Positions 44,935 to 54,536 of a DNA stretch of 64,000 nucleotides are shown piece by piece. This stretch comes from a virus: IMG/VR virus record IMGVR_UViG_3300049847_000494, positions 1-64,000 of that record; one strand, given 5' to 3'. The notes below the pieces were generated by a model. It was not told where the DNA came from. It ran no database searches and worked only from the letters and a program-made list of their open reading frames with translations. A program made the position numbers and the translations under genes. Each line of letters starts with the position of its first letter. Position 1 is the stretch's first letter.

Positions 44935-45345
44935 TTAGCCTTCCAAAGAATCAGCGTCCTCAATAGAAGGTTCAGGCGCCGGAGCAGGAGCCGCAGGTGC
45001 TGGCACAGCTTGATTCTGTGCTGCTTGAGCAGCTTGTGCCTTATTACGCAAGCTCATATAAAAAGCATGTAGATGCTGCTCTAAAGCATTAGCTTCATCA
45101 ATAAGCTTTTGAACTTCTTTAGCTTCCTCACTATCCTCACCATAAGTATCAATAAAGATATAGGAAAGCGATTGCCCACGATTAGAGTTCCACCAACCTA
45201 AAAAGTCAGGCCAGCTGGAAATTTCCACCTCTGACTCTTTACTGGAAGCTGCATTGATTTCCCTAATTAGCTGGGGAATTTTAGCCGAGTATTCGTGAAA
45301 ACCTTTGTCTTCAAGCTCTACAGCAAGTTTTAGCAGTTTATTCAT
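44935..45345 (-). CDS. Hypothetical virion-region protein (136 aa)
   Basis: SD GGGGA; N-terminal LLKLAVELEDKG motif. Confidence 0.7.
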   Translation of the reverse strand: MNKLLKLAVELEDKGFHEYSAKIPQLIREINAASSKESEVEISSWPDFLGWWNSNRGQSLSYIFIDTYGEDSEEAKEVQKLIDEANALEQHLHAFYMSLRNKAQAAQAAQNQAVPAPAAPAPAPEPSIEDADSLEG

Positions 45346-45409
45346 TTAATAAATCCCCAACAAAAGTTAAAATCAATACTGTAATAATACATAACAATAT
45401 TTTGTTATG

Positions 45410-46444
45410 TTAATTTGCCGAGCATTTTACTGCCCATTTCTCTTTAACTTTACCACGTTCCAACAATAAAACATTAAAATTACCAATACGTTTAGGTATG
45501 ATAATATTGTCTATTGTAACTATAGCTACACGAGGGTCATCGCTAACCAATTTAGCCTCGGCTGGTATCCAGGATAAGCCAATAGGCGTAGGCTTACCTA
45601 ACCTAACTACATCTGGTACAATAATACTAGTCACTTCAAACTGAGGATCAGGTTTAAAACCCATGCTACCATCTACATGATGTATACCATCAGGTGTAGA
45701 CCCTTCCAAATAATCACTAACTTTCATAAGTTGTGTTTGTTGGGAAAAAGCATGCTGTATTCGCGATTCAAAAGCCACTTCCAAATCTACACCAGATGTC
45801 CAAAAAGCATCCTTAGCATCAGATGTATAAAACTTACGAGATAAACCTTGTGGAGTAAACATAGCAGGTAAGCGAACTTCCCACTTGTCTTGGGGTCTAT
45901 TACTATGTAATATATGACTTTTATTAAAAATAGTAAGTGGACCAAGTATATATAATAACAAGTCTCTTAGATCGCCGCATGTTGTTTCATCATTTGCTGC
46001 AATTTCTAATGAAAGAGAAACATTAGCAAGTATCTGCGTAAATACAGTTGACGTGAAAGGGCTAATATAACCAGAACCTAATATACCACCTAAACCAGAA
46101 GGTTCATATTCTATCTTAGAATCTACTATAATAATACAAGGTAACTTAGCTCGAAGTTGTCCCCATAAACGCGCAAGTTGAAGATTATAAACAGTAGGGT
46201 CAGCCGGATCTAAAGATCCAGTAATACCTGTCTCATACTGAATAGAATAAGGAGCTGTAAGTTTGAGCTGTTCTCTATAACACCCAGTAGGACTGAAGTA
46301 CTTATCAAGATAATCTTGCATTGCACTTTTTACAGTAGATGTAACACGAGCTTCTGCTACCTGAGAAGCTGCTTGCTTGCTTGATTTAGGTACAGAACTA
46401 AATATATAATCTTCAGGTTTTTCACTGTCATCAACAATAGACAT
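45410..46444 (-). CDS. Putative neck/tail-completion structural protein (344 aa)
   Basis: Position upstream of the sheath; LPCIIIV motif; Ig-like C-terminus. Function is inferred. Confidence 0.45.
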   Translation of the reverse strand: MSIVDDSEKPEDYIFSSVPKSSKQAASQVAEARVTSTVKSAMQDYLDKYFSPTGCYREQLKLTAPYSIQYETGITGSLDPADPTVYNLQLARLWGQLRAKLPCIIIVDSKIEYEPSGLGGILGSGYISPFTSTVFTQILANVSLSLEIAANDETTCGDLRDLLLYILGPLTIFNKSHILHSNRPQDKWEVRLPAMFTPQGLSRKFYTSDAKDAFWTSGVDLEVAFESRIQHAFSQQTQLMKVSDYLEGSTPDGIHHVDGSMGFKPDPQFEVTSIIVPDVVRLGKPTPIGLSWIPAEAKLVSDDPRVAIVTIDNIIIPKRIGNFNVLLLERGKVKEKWAVKCSAN

Positions 46445-46479
46445 TTAATACCTTATAGAGGTGTATGTATACATCTTGA

Positions 46480-46920
46480 CTACGTTTTTTTAGCTTTATC
46501 TTCCTCTTCCATACGATTAATAAAGTCATAAACAGTATTACGGGACACTTTTGTTTTGTGACTCTTAACAAAGTCCTCTATTGTAATATAACGAGATGCT
46601 GCTTTAGTATGACCTGGATGGTCAAAAATGATACCTGAAATATTCTTAGCCTTAAATAGAGCAAACCTAGCTATCTTAATTAAGCTAGACTGAATTTGTT
46701 TGCCTTGTGGTCCTTGTGTTCTAGTTAGCTCAACAATAGATTCTATTAGACTAGGTTTTTGTAATAACGCATATCTATATGCTGAATCATAGGATGTAAA
46801 AACTAGAATATTATAACTACCGGTAGTAGGATCCCACTCTAAGGCAGGCAAGCCATCAGGATCCTTTACAGAAAATGCATAAAATATAGTAGTGTCTAAA
46901 TTTATAACATGCTCTGTCAT
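46480..46920 (-). CDS. Hypothetical protein (146 aa)
   Basis: ATGA overlap. Confidence 0.65.
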   Translation of the reverse strand: MTEHVINLDTTIFYAFSVKDPDGLPALEWDPTTGSYNILVFTSYDSAYRYALLQKPSLIESIVELTRTQGPQGKQIQSSLIKIARFALFKAKNISGIIFDHPGHTKAASRYITIEDFVKSHKTKVSRNTVYDFINRMEEEDKAKKT

Positions 46921-47561
46921 TTTCTAACTCTATAGTATTTGTTTTTTGTATTACCGCAATGTACTCTATAAAATAAATTTGGATTTGTTTTTATATGAGG
47001 TGCTGCCCAATCGGTAGCTCTATTAGAGCAAGAGTCAGGTATAGAACCTTCACTCCAAGCTTTTACAAAAATACGGACACTAAACCAGGAATTTTTATAA
47101 TTATTCCAACTTGCATGGCGAGGCCAACCTACAGGTTTTGTCTCACCATCTTCAGGTAAGTACTGCACCCAACGTTGTCTAGGTCGATTACGGAACCTAG
47201 GTTTAAATCCAGTACAATACGAAAACAGGAAATTCTTAAAAGTTAGGCTTGGATCCTTAGCATTAGCTTTATGCCACTTTCTTGCTAATATCCAAAGGAT
47301 AGAAGCGTATTCCCTGTCAGCCTCAAAACCCGCCTCTGATACAAGCGCACGAGATACCCAAAGTAAAGTATCCTCTGACAACTGACTTATAGGTAAAGGT
47401 GGTTTCCCTACCACTACACTTGATTCTAGTGCAACTATTCCAAGGTCATCGCAAACAAAACCCTTACGCACAAAAGAATAATCAAAACATATACTTTGAC
47501 TATAACTTTTAGGTGCGTAAACCAAAAGAAAGGATAAACTTAAAAGTAATTTAATCATCAA
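46917..47561 (-). CDS. Secreted protein, possible SleB/Hydrolase_2-like cell wall hydrolase
   Basis: N-terminal signal peptide; WVSRALVSEAG resembles the LAR....EA catalytic helix. Confidence 0.45.
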   Translation of the reverse strand: MMIKLLLSLSFLLVYAPKSYSQSICFDYSFVRKGFVCDDLGIVALESSVVVGKPPLPISQLSEDTLLWVSRALVSEAGFEADREYASILWILARKWHKANAKDPSLTFKNFLFSYCTGFKPRFRNRPRQRWVQYLPEDGETKPVGWPRHASWNNYKNSWFSVRIFVKAWSEGSIPDSCSNRATDWAAPHIKTNPNLFYRVHCGNTKNKYYRVRK

Positions 47562-48661
47562 ACCACCTTCAAAGGAGCAGTAGCCATCAACTCTAGACTC
47601 TTAATCACTACTAAGTCAAGTACATCATAAGGATCTAACGAATATTGTTTAGCTTGACTTAGACCTGTTAAATGCAAATCTAACAGTTTGATTATATGCT
47701 CTTTGGTGTAGTTTCTCTTGAAAGATTGCATAAGAAAAGAAGATACCTTAGGATCCGATGTTACACCTGTAAGTTCATATAGGATATCACGTAAAAATTT
47801 ATAAACTATATGTAGAAAATATTCAGGATTCTCCACTTGCTTTACTGATTTACAGCAAAGACGATGTGATGCATCAAGTAAATACTGAACATATTTACTT
47901 ACAAGTATCTCAGGTGGTAAACTCCCAAGCTCTTCGAAAACAGTAGGTAATATCTCTTCCAGGTTATCAGGTATTACACCTTTAGATATAACGTAATGTT
48001 GTACCTGTTCCAGTAACATCAGAGCATTCCGGGGATGCCCATCAGCTAAATTAGCTACTAAATCTATGACTTTTGAAGGGAAAGGTAGCTTTTCCTCCTC
48101 ACAAACCATTGAAAGTAATCCCTGAATATTTTTAGTTGGTACTTTCTGTAGCTTTATATGCTGACATCTACTTCTTATAGAAGCTAATATCTTCTGTGGG
48201 TCTGTAGTGCAAAGTAACCAAAGGGTTTTCTTTGGTGGTTCTTCCAGTGGCTTAAGAAGAGCTTGTGAACTGGTGGTTGTAAGCTGATGAATTTCGTCCA
48301 ATATAAAAACACGATAATTACTACGTGGTGTGAAGCTTGCAGAATTTATAAGCTCTCTTATATCATCAATACCACGCGTATTAGCTGCATTGATTTCAAT
48401 GATATCTGGATGTGTACCGTTATCAAGAGCTATACATGATTTACATACACCACAGGCGTTCCGCGTATCACAATTAACATAGCGAGCTACTATACGAGCT
48501 AATGTAGTTTTACCTACACCATATTCACCACTCAACATAATAGTAGGGTTTATCTTGTTGTTGTAGATCATACTTTCTAAAGTACCTACAGCAACCTTTT
48601 GACCTACTACATCAATAAACTTTTTTGGACGGTATTTGCCTGTAAGTTGGACGTAATCCAT
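47558..48661 (-). CDS. dnaX: Clamp loader ATPase, DNA pol III gamma/tau-like
   Basis: KYRP..F.DVVGQ, GEYGVGKTT, CGVCKSC, LDEIH, SRC. Confidence 0.92.
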   Translation of the reverse strand: MDYVQLTGKYRPKKFIDVVGQKVAVGTLESMIYNNKINPTIMLSGEYGVGKTTLARIVARYVNCDTRNACGVCKSCIALDNGTHPDIIEINAANTRGIDDIRELINSASFTPRSNYRVFILDEIHQLTTTSSQALLKPLEEPPKKTLWLLCTTDPQKILASIRSRCQHIKLQKVPTKNIQGLLSMVCEEEKLPFPSKVIDLVANLADGHPRNALMLLEQVQHYVISKGVIPDNLEEILPTVFEELGSLPPEILVSKYVQYLLDASHRLCCKSVKQVENPEYFLHIVYKFLRDILYELTGVTSDPKVSSFLMQSFKRNYTKEHIIKLLDLHLTGLSQAKQYSLDPYDVLDLVVIKSLELMATAPLKVV

Positions 48662-48674
48662 ATTTTATAACCTA

Positions 48675-49061
48675 TTAAAGTGTATTCTTTAAGAGAAGTA
48701 ACTTACTAAGTAAAGATTCAATACTTTCATTGTTACTCGCAGTATTTATATTAGGAATTTCCTCGTCCTCTTCATCCTCACCAAAGGGATCTTTAAAGAG
48801 CACTTCGTCTTTAACTAGAACGTCACACTTTTCTTCTGGTCCAGATACTGTAACAACATGACAATCAGTTGTTTCAATGGCAACATCAGGGTTTTCATAG
48901 AGGAAAGATGCCATACGTTTACAAACTTCAGCTGCCATCTCATAGTAGGAGGCTTGTAGCTTAAAAGCTTCATGCCCTGAAGTTGTTGATGTCACGCAAT
49001 GGTGCATGTCATCGCCTTTTTTATATACAGGAATTAATACTTCATAGGATTTCACACTCAT
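48675..49061 (-). CDS. Hypothetical protein (128 aa)
   Basis: SD AAGGAG. Confidence 0.7.
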   Translation of the reverse strand: MSVKSYEVLIPVYKKGDDMHHCVTSTTSGHEAFKLQASYYEMAAEVCKRMASFLYENPDVAIETTDCHVVTVSGPEEKCDVLVKDEVLFKDPFGEDEEDEEIPNINTASNNESIESLLSKLLLLKNTL

Positions 49062-49075
49062 AACATCTCCTTTAA

Positions 49076-49522
49076 TTAAAACTTACCACTACTACCAAAA
49101 CCACGATCACCACGATCGTTTACAAAGTTATCTACAAACTCAGTAACTTCAACAATATCATGAAATTCAATAGCTTTAACAACTAATTGCGCTACCCTTT
49201 CACCTGCTTTCCCATAATAAGGGAAAGGGCTGTGATTAATAAGTAAAACCAAAATTTCTGAACGAAAATCGTTATCAATTGTGCCTGGTGTATTGAGAAC
49301 CGTTAGCTGATGGTTCTTTGCTAAGCCTGACCTTGGTCGTACCTGACCTTCATAACCTTCGGGGCATTGCATTGCAATGCCTGTGGGTATACTAATCATT
49401 CTACCTGGTTGTAATGCAAAATCATGCAACGCAAATATGTCCATACCTGAGGATCTAGAACTACCAGAATATGCTGGAAGCTTTGCACTAGGATCTAGCT
49501 TTTTAAAATTTACTGTAGCCAT
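49076..49522 (-). CDS. dut: dUTPase (trimeric)
   Basis: SGMD, RPRSGLA, GTID.DFR, RVAQ, RGDRGFGSSG. Confidence 0.95.
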   Translation of the reverse strand: MATVNFKKLDPSAKLPAYSGSSRSSGMDIFALHDFALQPGRMISIPTGIAMQCPEGYEGQVRPRSGLAKNHQLTVLNTPGTIDNDFRSEILVLLINHSPFPYYGKAGERVAQLVVKAIEFHDIVEVTEFVDNFVNDRGDRGFGSSGKF

Positions 49523-49532
49523 TTTAGCCTCT

Positions 49533-50210
49533 TTATACCATGTAATAGTGGTTTTTAATTGAATTAACAGTTGTATAGCTGCTATTCTGTAATCTATAAT
49601 CGAAAAGGCAAGCCTCTTCCCAATTACCTACTCTAAGTAAATCTGCAATAAGTTGTTGTAACCAAAACTTACCAGTAACACACCCAACTATTAAATCAGG
49701 TTTAATAGTTAAACTTTCAGTTTCAGAACGATGACTATCTTTACTTGGCAAACTATCCACTCGAATTATCTGTATAATCTTACCACCTAGAGATCGTATA
49801 GCCTCAACTTCATTTATAAAGCGTGTATCAGGTATAAGTACATCACTAGCCTCTGTAACACCCATTAGTAGATTATCTACCCAGTAGCTATCCTTAGCTG
49901 ACCTTACATAATCTGTACCCACATACTGGAGTAATTCTCTGGGGGAATTCGCACTCAAATTTTTAGTACTAAGAACAAGCCCCGTAGCCTCTTGTAAGGA
50001 AGCTAGGTAGCTATCGATATGAATAGGTTTGTCAAAGAGCAGCTCTTTAAGATCAGGATCATGAAACTGGGAAAAACTTAGATTAAAAACATAACTACAT
50101 ATGTTTTTAAGTTTGGTAGCCCCATGTTCAATCCTATAAGGATTGCCTACCATTCTAGCAAAAGTATCTTTACCAGAAAACTTAGCTCCCATAATACCAT
50201 AAACAGCCAT
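49533..50210 (-). CDS. Deoxynucleoside monophosphate kinase
   Basis: GAKFSGKDT, PRELLQYVGT, DTRFINE, HRSE. Confidence 0.88.
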   Translation of the reverse strand: MAVYGIMGAKFSGKDTFARMVGNPYRIEHGATKLKNICSYVFNLSFSQFHDPDLKELLFDKPIHIDSYLASLQEATGLVLSTKNLSANSPRELLQYVGTDYVRSAKDSYWVDNLLMGVTEASDVLIPDTRFINEVEAIRSLGGKIIQIIRVDSLPSKDSHRSETESLTIKPDLIVGCVTGKFWLQQLIADLLRVGNWEEACLFDYRLQNSSYTTVNSIKNHYYMV

Positions 50211-50347
50211 ATTTTAACCTCAAGTTTAAAAGTCCTGGGATTTATAAGTGGTAACCATCCACCTATAAATCTAACGCAGCCAGGGCTACGGAACAATAGA
50301 AGTTAGCACGCCATGAGTATTAGTCACCAGCTTGTTCATCTATTGTA

Positions 50348-50596
50348 TTAATCATTATTAAGGAATCGAGAAAGCTTATAACGAGGACCAGATACAATAA
50401 AACCATCAGTAGTTTCGTCTGTAATCGAGCAATCAGGGTTTGTACGAAGGAAATTATAAAGATTTTTTGTAACTAATGCAGCTTTTTCGTAAGCTTTATA
50501 ACGATTTCCAACGTAAGACATTGGAAATGTATTTCTAGTTTCAGGTGCAATATACAACACAAAAGTAATGTCAATAATATCAGTATTAGTAGTCAT
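50348..50596 (-). CDS. Hypothetical protein (82 aa), weak paralogue of 48675..49061
   Basis: Y..AA.V.K....FL..NPD..I......VSGP is shared between the two. Confidence 0.6.
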   Translation of the reverse strand: MTTNTDIIDITFVLYIAPETRNTFPMSYVGNRYKAYEKAALVTKNLYNFLRTNPDCSITDETTDGFIVSGPRYKLSRFLNND

Positions 50597-50599
50597 AGC

Positions 50600-51154
50600 T
50601 TACTTTCTGTATGTGGTAGGACCTGATTGATGTTGATACCGAGAACCTAACGAAGGTGAACCGTAAGGAACAGCAACAGGTTTAGATAGCTGTATAAACC
50701 TTAATTGAGCAATAGGCATACCAGGGTATAATACTACATCAAAAGGACCTACATTTACAATCTCTAGTGTAATCGTACCATGAAAACCTGGTACAATGCC
50801 ACCACAAGCTACATGAGGTACTAAAAAAGTTCGAGCTAACGTAGATTTACCTTCTAACTCTAGATGTAGATCAGCTGGCAATGTCATGTATTCTACAGTA
50901 GAACCTAACACAGCTTTACCTGAGCGTAAAGTATAACTAGACCCGTTAGGTATGATATCTGTCATGGTATACTTTGTAAAATACTTAGATATGTCAGTAT
51001 ACCGTAAATCAATACTTTTAGGATTGTAGTTATCAGGTATCAAAAGGTCAGCCGCTAAACTACAATCATAAGAAGTAGGTTGTACCTTAGAAGGATCAAA
51101 ATTCTTTATAACAGAAGGACCAATATTAATAATATCAGTATCAGTTAAAAACAT
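50600..51154 (-). CDS. dcd: dCTP deaminase
   Basis: QPTSYD, EGKSTLAR, PGFHGTITLE, PGMPIAQL, YQHQSGP. Confidence 0.9.
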   Translation of the reverse strand: MFLTDTDIINIGPSVIKNFDPSKVQPTSYDCSLAADLLIPDNYNPKSIDLRYTDISKYFTKYTMTDIIPNGSSYTLRSGKAVLGSTVEYMTLPADLHLELEGKSTLARTFLVPHVACGGIVPGFHGTITLEIVNVGPFDVVLYPGMPIAQLRFIQLSKPVAVPYGSPSLGSRYQHQSGPTTYRK

Positions 51155-51169
51155 GGCACACCGTTCGTT

Positions 51170-51514
51170 CTATTTAGATAATTTTATACGGGTTTTTGCT
51201 TTGTATGAACGCATTAAATCACTTGAGTCTAAGCTACCACCTAGTTTTAGGAACTTAAATCTCCATGTGGCATTATGATAATACTGATTAGATAGTATAT
51301 GTGCTAATTCATGTAAGCACAAATTTATGTCACGCATAACCTTACGATCTTTAAAGCAAATCCAGCCTCTAAAATCATCAGAGGCTTGAACATGTGCATG
51401 AGCTAATGTATCTTTAGGTAAAGGCTTATTTTCGACACAGTTATCAACGTATACACCTTGAACATCTGCAACCTGCAGTACTTTAGGTCGTTTTCTATAA
51501 GGTATTACAGGCAT
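51170..51514 (-). CDS. Zincin/SprT-like metalloprotease-motif protein
   Basis: LHELAH......H...WR. Confidence 0.6.
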   Translation of the reverse strand: MPVIPYRKRPKVLQVADVQGVYVDNCVENKPLPKDTLAHAHVQASDDFRGWICFKDRKVMRDINLCLHELAHILSNQYYHNATWRFKFLKLGGSLDSSDLMRSYKAKTRIKLSK

Positions 51515-51517
51515 AAG

Positions 51518-52306
51518 TTACACGTCTAAAAGTTTCCAAACAGCAGGGTAGTTGTACTCAGCATGTGCTGTATACACACACAAATTATTTAAAGGTTGGT
51601 AAGTAGCTGCATCATGTGTATGACCACAAAATACATTAAATTTAACTGATGGAAAAGTTCCAGCTACATCTAACAACATATCACCAAAAGTCATATTTAC
51701 AAAATAAGGCTGTGCAAAAGGTTCTGAAATTTTACCTTTGTATAAGCTACTTTGTATGTAAGGAGGTACATGCGTAGCAAAATATACATTAGAGTATTGA
51801 TTAGCAGCTAAAGTGAGGTCAGCTTTAGCTTGTACTGCCATCTTCTCAACTACTACTTTACAAGTTTCAGATAGAGAACTTGTGGTTCTAAGAACTAAAT
51901 TTGCGGAAAAATCAGTAAGTATAAAATTAGAATTTTTAGATCCTGCTTTCATATCATAGAAGCCCATATTACCTACCAAACAAGTAGTAGGTGTTATTTC
52001 CTGTACACCAGAAACATCTAAGAAAACAAGATTACTATTAGGCTTTGCAGTTAGATTAACACACATAGCCTTAACTTTAGCAAATGTAGAATAATAAATA
52101 TCATGATTTCCTAAAGTGAAATAAACCTTACCTTTAAAGTTATCGGCAAAACTAGTAAGGTGCATATGCAATCGTTTACTATCAGAAATGTCACCAGTTA
52201 TCATAACAGCATCTGCGCCGTAACTGCTAGTTTGACGAGCAAAAGCTTTGACAGTATCTATAGATACAAAATCAAAATGACAATCTGAAATCCAAGCTAA
52301 TTTCAC
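51518..52306 (-). CDS. Metallophosphoesterase (CpdA/Icc-like)
   Basis: SDCH, TGDIS, GNHD, THVPP, GHTH. Confidence 0.88.
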   Translation of the reverse strand: MKLAWISDCHFDFVSIDTVKAFARQTSSYGADAVMITGDISDSKRLHMHLTSFADNFKGKVYFTLGNHDIYYSTFAKVKAMCVNLTAKPNSNLVFLDVSGVQEITPTTCLVGNMGFYDMKAGSKNSNFILTDFSANLVLRTTSSLSETCKVVVEKMAVQAKADLTLAANQYSNVYFATHVPPYIQSSLYKGKISEPFAQPYFVNMTFGDMLLDVAGTFPSVKFNVFCGHTHDAATYQPLNNLCVYTAHAEYNYPAVWKLLDV

Positions 52307-52315
52307 TATATTACC

Positions 52316-52639
52316 CTAGTTAAGTCGCTTTTTAGGATCAACATCAGGAAATGTCTTAATATCAAATTCAACCAAATTATCAGTAACTAACTCATCTGTT
52401 GAGTCTTCTTCTAGATCATAGGTATCTTCAATATATCCTAACTCGTCAAGATCTTCAACAAAAGATAGTGTTAGTTCAACTAAATCAGTAACAGCTATAG
52501 AATTACCGTTTTCTATACGTTCAACTAAATGCTTTAGCAGTGCTACAGCATCATCTTTATCTTCCATCAATAGAGCTGTGAGCGTACCATATAAAAGAGA
52601 AATAGTTTCAAGATCCTTTAATGATTCTTTATCTGACAT
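52316..52639 (-). CDS. Acidic hypothetical protein
   Basis: ORF in the operon. Confidence 0.65.
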   Translation of the reverse strand: MSDKESLKDLETISLLYGTLTALLMEDKDDAVALLKHLVERIENGNSIAVTDLVELTLSFVEDLDELGYIEDTYDLEEDSTDELVTDNLVEFDIKTFPDVDPKKRLN

Positions 52640-52655
52640 ATTACTACTTTCTTTG

Positions 52656-53060
52656 TTAATTAGAAACTTCTGTAGTACCTTGACTTTTTAAGTAATTTTT
52701 ATGGCTTTGCGTAGTGATCTCATGACATTCTATAAACATCAAAACTAAATGATAAAAACAAAAAATAACAAAGGCTATAAAAGCTAAAAATAAAGCTATA
52801 TAGCTTAGCAGCAGTATTATGTCAAATACTAAACTTAGAAATGGTATAGAAAGTAGCGTAACTACTAAAAGTAACAAAGCTAATACTTGATGATTCTCAG
52901 TAAAAAGAATATTAACTTTAGAAATACTTAAAGCTACTGTAACGAATATAAAAAGTGACTTTATGGGTATAAGAGTATTATTTATATCTGACGACCAATG
53001 ACTTCTTAGATTAAACTCCCAAGCATTATCCGCTAAATTCCGCCAATCACTGTTAAGCAT
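52656..53060 (-). CDS. Multi-pass membrane protein
   Basis: SD AAGGAG; about three hydrophobic segments. Confidence 0.65.
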   Translation of the reverse strand: MLNSDWRNLADNAWEFNLRSHWSSDINNTLIPIKSLFIFVTVALSISKVNILFTENHQVLALLLLVVTLLSIPFLSLVFDIILLLSYIALFLAFIAFVIFCFYHLVLMFIECHEITTQSHKNYLKSQGTTEVSN

Positions 53061-53115
53061 GTTTATCTCCTTGTCTACAGACTAAGCTAGTAGAGGAAGG
53101 AAGTAAACAAGCTAA

Positions 53116-53571
53116 TTACCAATCTTCGTCTTCATTACGTTCGCGCGACTTTTTACGAAATCTATCTCGCCTAGAATTAGGCTCCTTACCTGTAAACATA
53201 TCTTGTTGATATATTGGATAAACTGGCTTGTCTTCTCTTAAAGAGATTCGAGATTTAGCGGCTATAGGAGGATCTACCATAGCTTGTTTGTTATACTTAC
53301 TCTCTACAACAGGTGATTTCTTCCCGGAAGATTTATTCTGAGCTTCGTTTACAGTCAAAGACCTACCATCTAAATAAGCACCATGTAGTGCATTTAGCAA
53401 AGCGATTGAATTAGTAGAGTCAACATCTACAAAACCAAAACCTCTAGATTTATTAGTGGTTTTATCTAAAACTAGGCTAACAGCCTTTGGCTTAAATCCC
53501 TTAGAAGCAAAAAGATTAAAGATAGATTCTTCTGTGGAAGAGAATGATAGATTCCCGACAAATAGGCGCAC
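53116..53571 (-). CDS. RRM-domain RNA-binding protein
   Basis: RNP2 LFVGNL, RNP1 RGFGFV, DGRSLTVNEA. Confidence 0.9.
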   Translation of the reverse strand: MRLFVGNLSFSSTEESIFNLFASKGFKPKAVSLVLDKTTNKSRGFGFVDVDSTNSIALLNALHGAYLDGRSLTVNEAQNKSSGKKSPVVESKYNKQAMVDPPIAAKSRISLREDKPVYPIYQQDMFTGKEPNSRRDRFRKKSRERNEDEDW

Positions 53572-53584
53572 AACTAAATATCCT

Positions 53585-53752
53585 TTATATTAAATCAACT
53601 TTATTAATAGTATAAAACTCATACTTATAATTTGTAAGCTTTTCTAATGCGTTTTTATAAGCTAGAGCATCATCTTGCTTAAGAAAGACACGTATAGGGT
53701 AAGATTCCCCTCCTGGTATCTTACGACTAATTACATAACATTCAGTCGGCAT
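53585..53752 (-). CDS. Small hypothetical protein (55 aa; not in ORF track)
   Basis: MPTECYVISRKIPGGESYPIRVF...; fills the intergenic gap. Confidence 0.5.
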   Translation of the reverse strand: MPTECYVISRKIPGGESYPIRVFLKQDDALAYKNALEKLTNYKYEFYTINKVDLI

Positions 53753-54536
53753 TTTCTAAGAACTCCACGTCATTATCTTTGAAACGTAATTTCATAATTT
53801 CAAAAGCTTCTGGATTAGAATCAGCTAAAAGGAAGTTACGACCTGTAGTGAGAGCTGCTGCACCTGTTGTACCACTACCAGCAAAAATGTCAACAACTAA
53901 ACCACCACGTGGACAAGAAGCTCGAATAATACGACTTAAAACATCTAAAGGTTTCTGGGTAGGGTACCCAGTTTTTTCTTTGCTATTAGGTGAAACAATC
54001 GTATGCCACCAGAAATCAGTATCAGGGATATCACTCCAAGCTGACGTAGGAGTCTTGCCTTTAGCAGCTTTTTCAGGACCACATAAGCCAGGTGCTAAAT
54101 AAGGCAATCTATCTGTTTCATCGTAAGAAAAGTAATATTGATTTATATCCTTAACATACACTAAAATGTTGTTGTGTTTGTTAGACCACTTCTTTTTGTT
54201 CCTGGCACCATAATCAAATGCCCAGATAATCTCATTGAGGAAGTTATCTCTACCAAAAACCTGATCAATCATTACCTTAGCGTAATGGACTTCCCGGTAA
54301 TCCAAGTGGCAATAAAAGCTCCCAGTAGGCTTCAGTATACGATGAATTTCCTCCACACGTGGTTGTAGGAACCCAAGGAAATCGCTGAAGGTATCAGGGT
54401 AACTTGGACCATCCTTAGTACGCTTTTGAACTATCTTTGTATTGAATGGCGGATCGACATATATTAAATCGACACTGGCGTCAGTTATATGCTTTAAAAC
54501 AGCTATATTATCAGCTAAATATACTTTGTTTAACAT
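53742..54536 (-). CDS. N4-C/N6-A DNA methyltransferase (beta class)
   Basis: YVDPPF precedes YPTQKP and DIFAGSGTT. Confidence 0.92.
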   Translation of the reverse strand: MLNKVYLADNIAVLKHITDASVDLIYVDPPFNTKIVQKRTKDGPSYPDTFSDFLGFLQPRVEEIHRILKPTGSFYCHLDYREVHYAKVMIDQVFGRDNFLNEIIWAFDYGARNKKKWSNKHNNILVYVKDINQYYFSYDETDRLPYLAPGLCGPEKAAKGKTPTSAWSDIPDTDFWWHTIVSPNSKEKTGYPTQKPLDVLSRIIRASCPRGGLVVDIFAGSGTTGAAALTTGRNFLLADSNPEAFEIMKLRFKDNDVEFLENAD

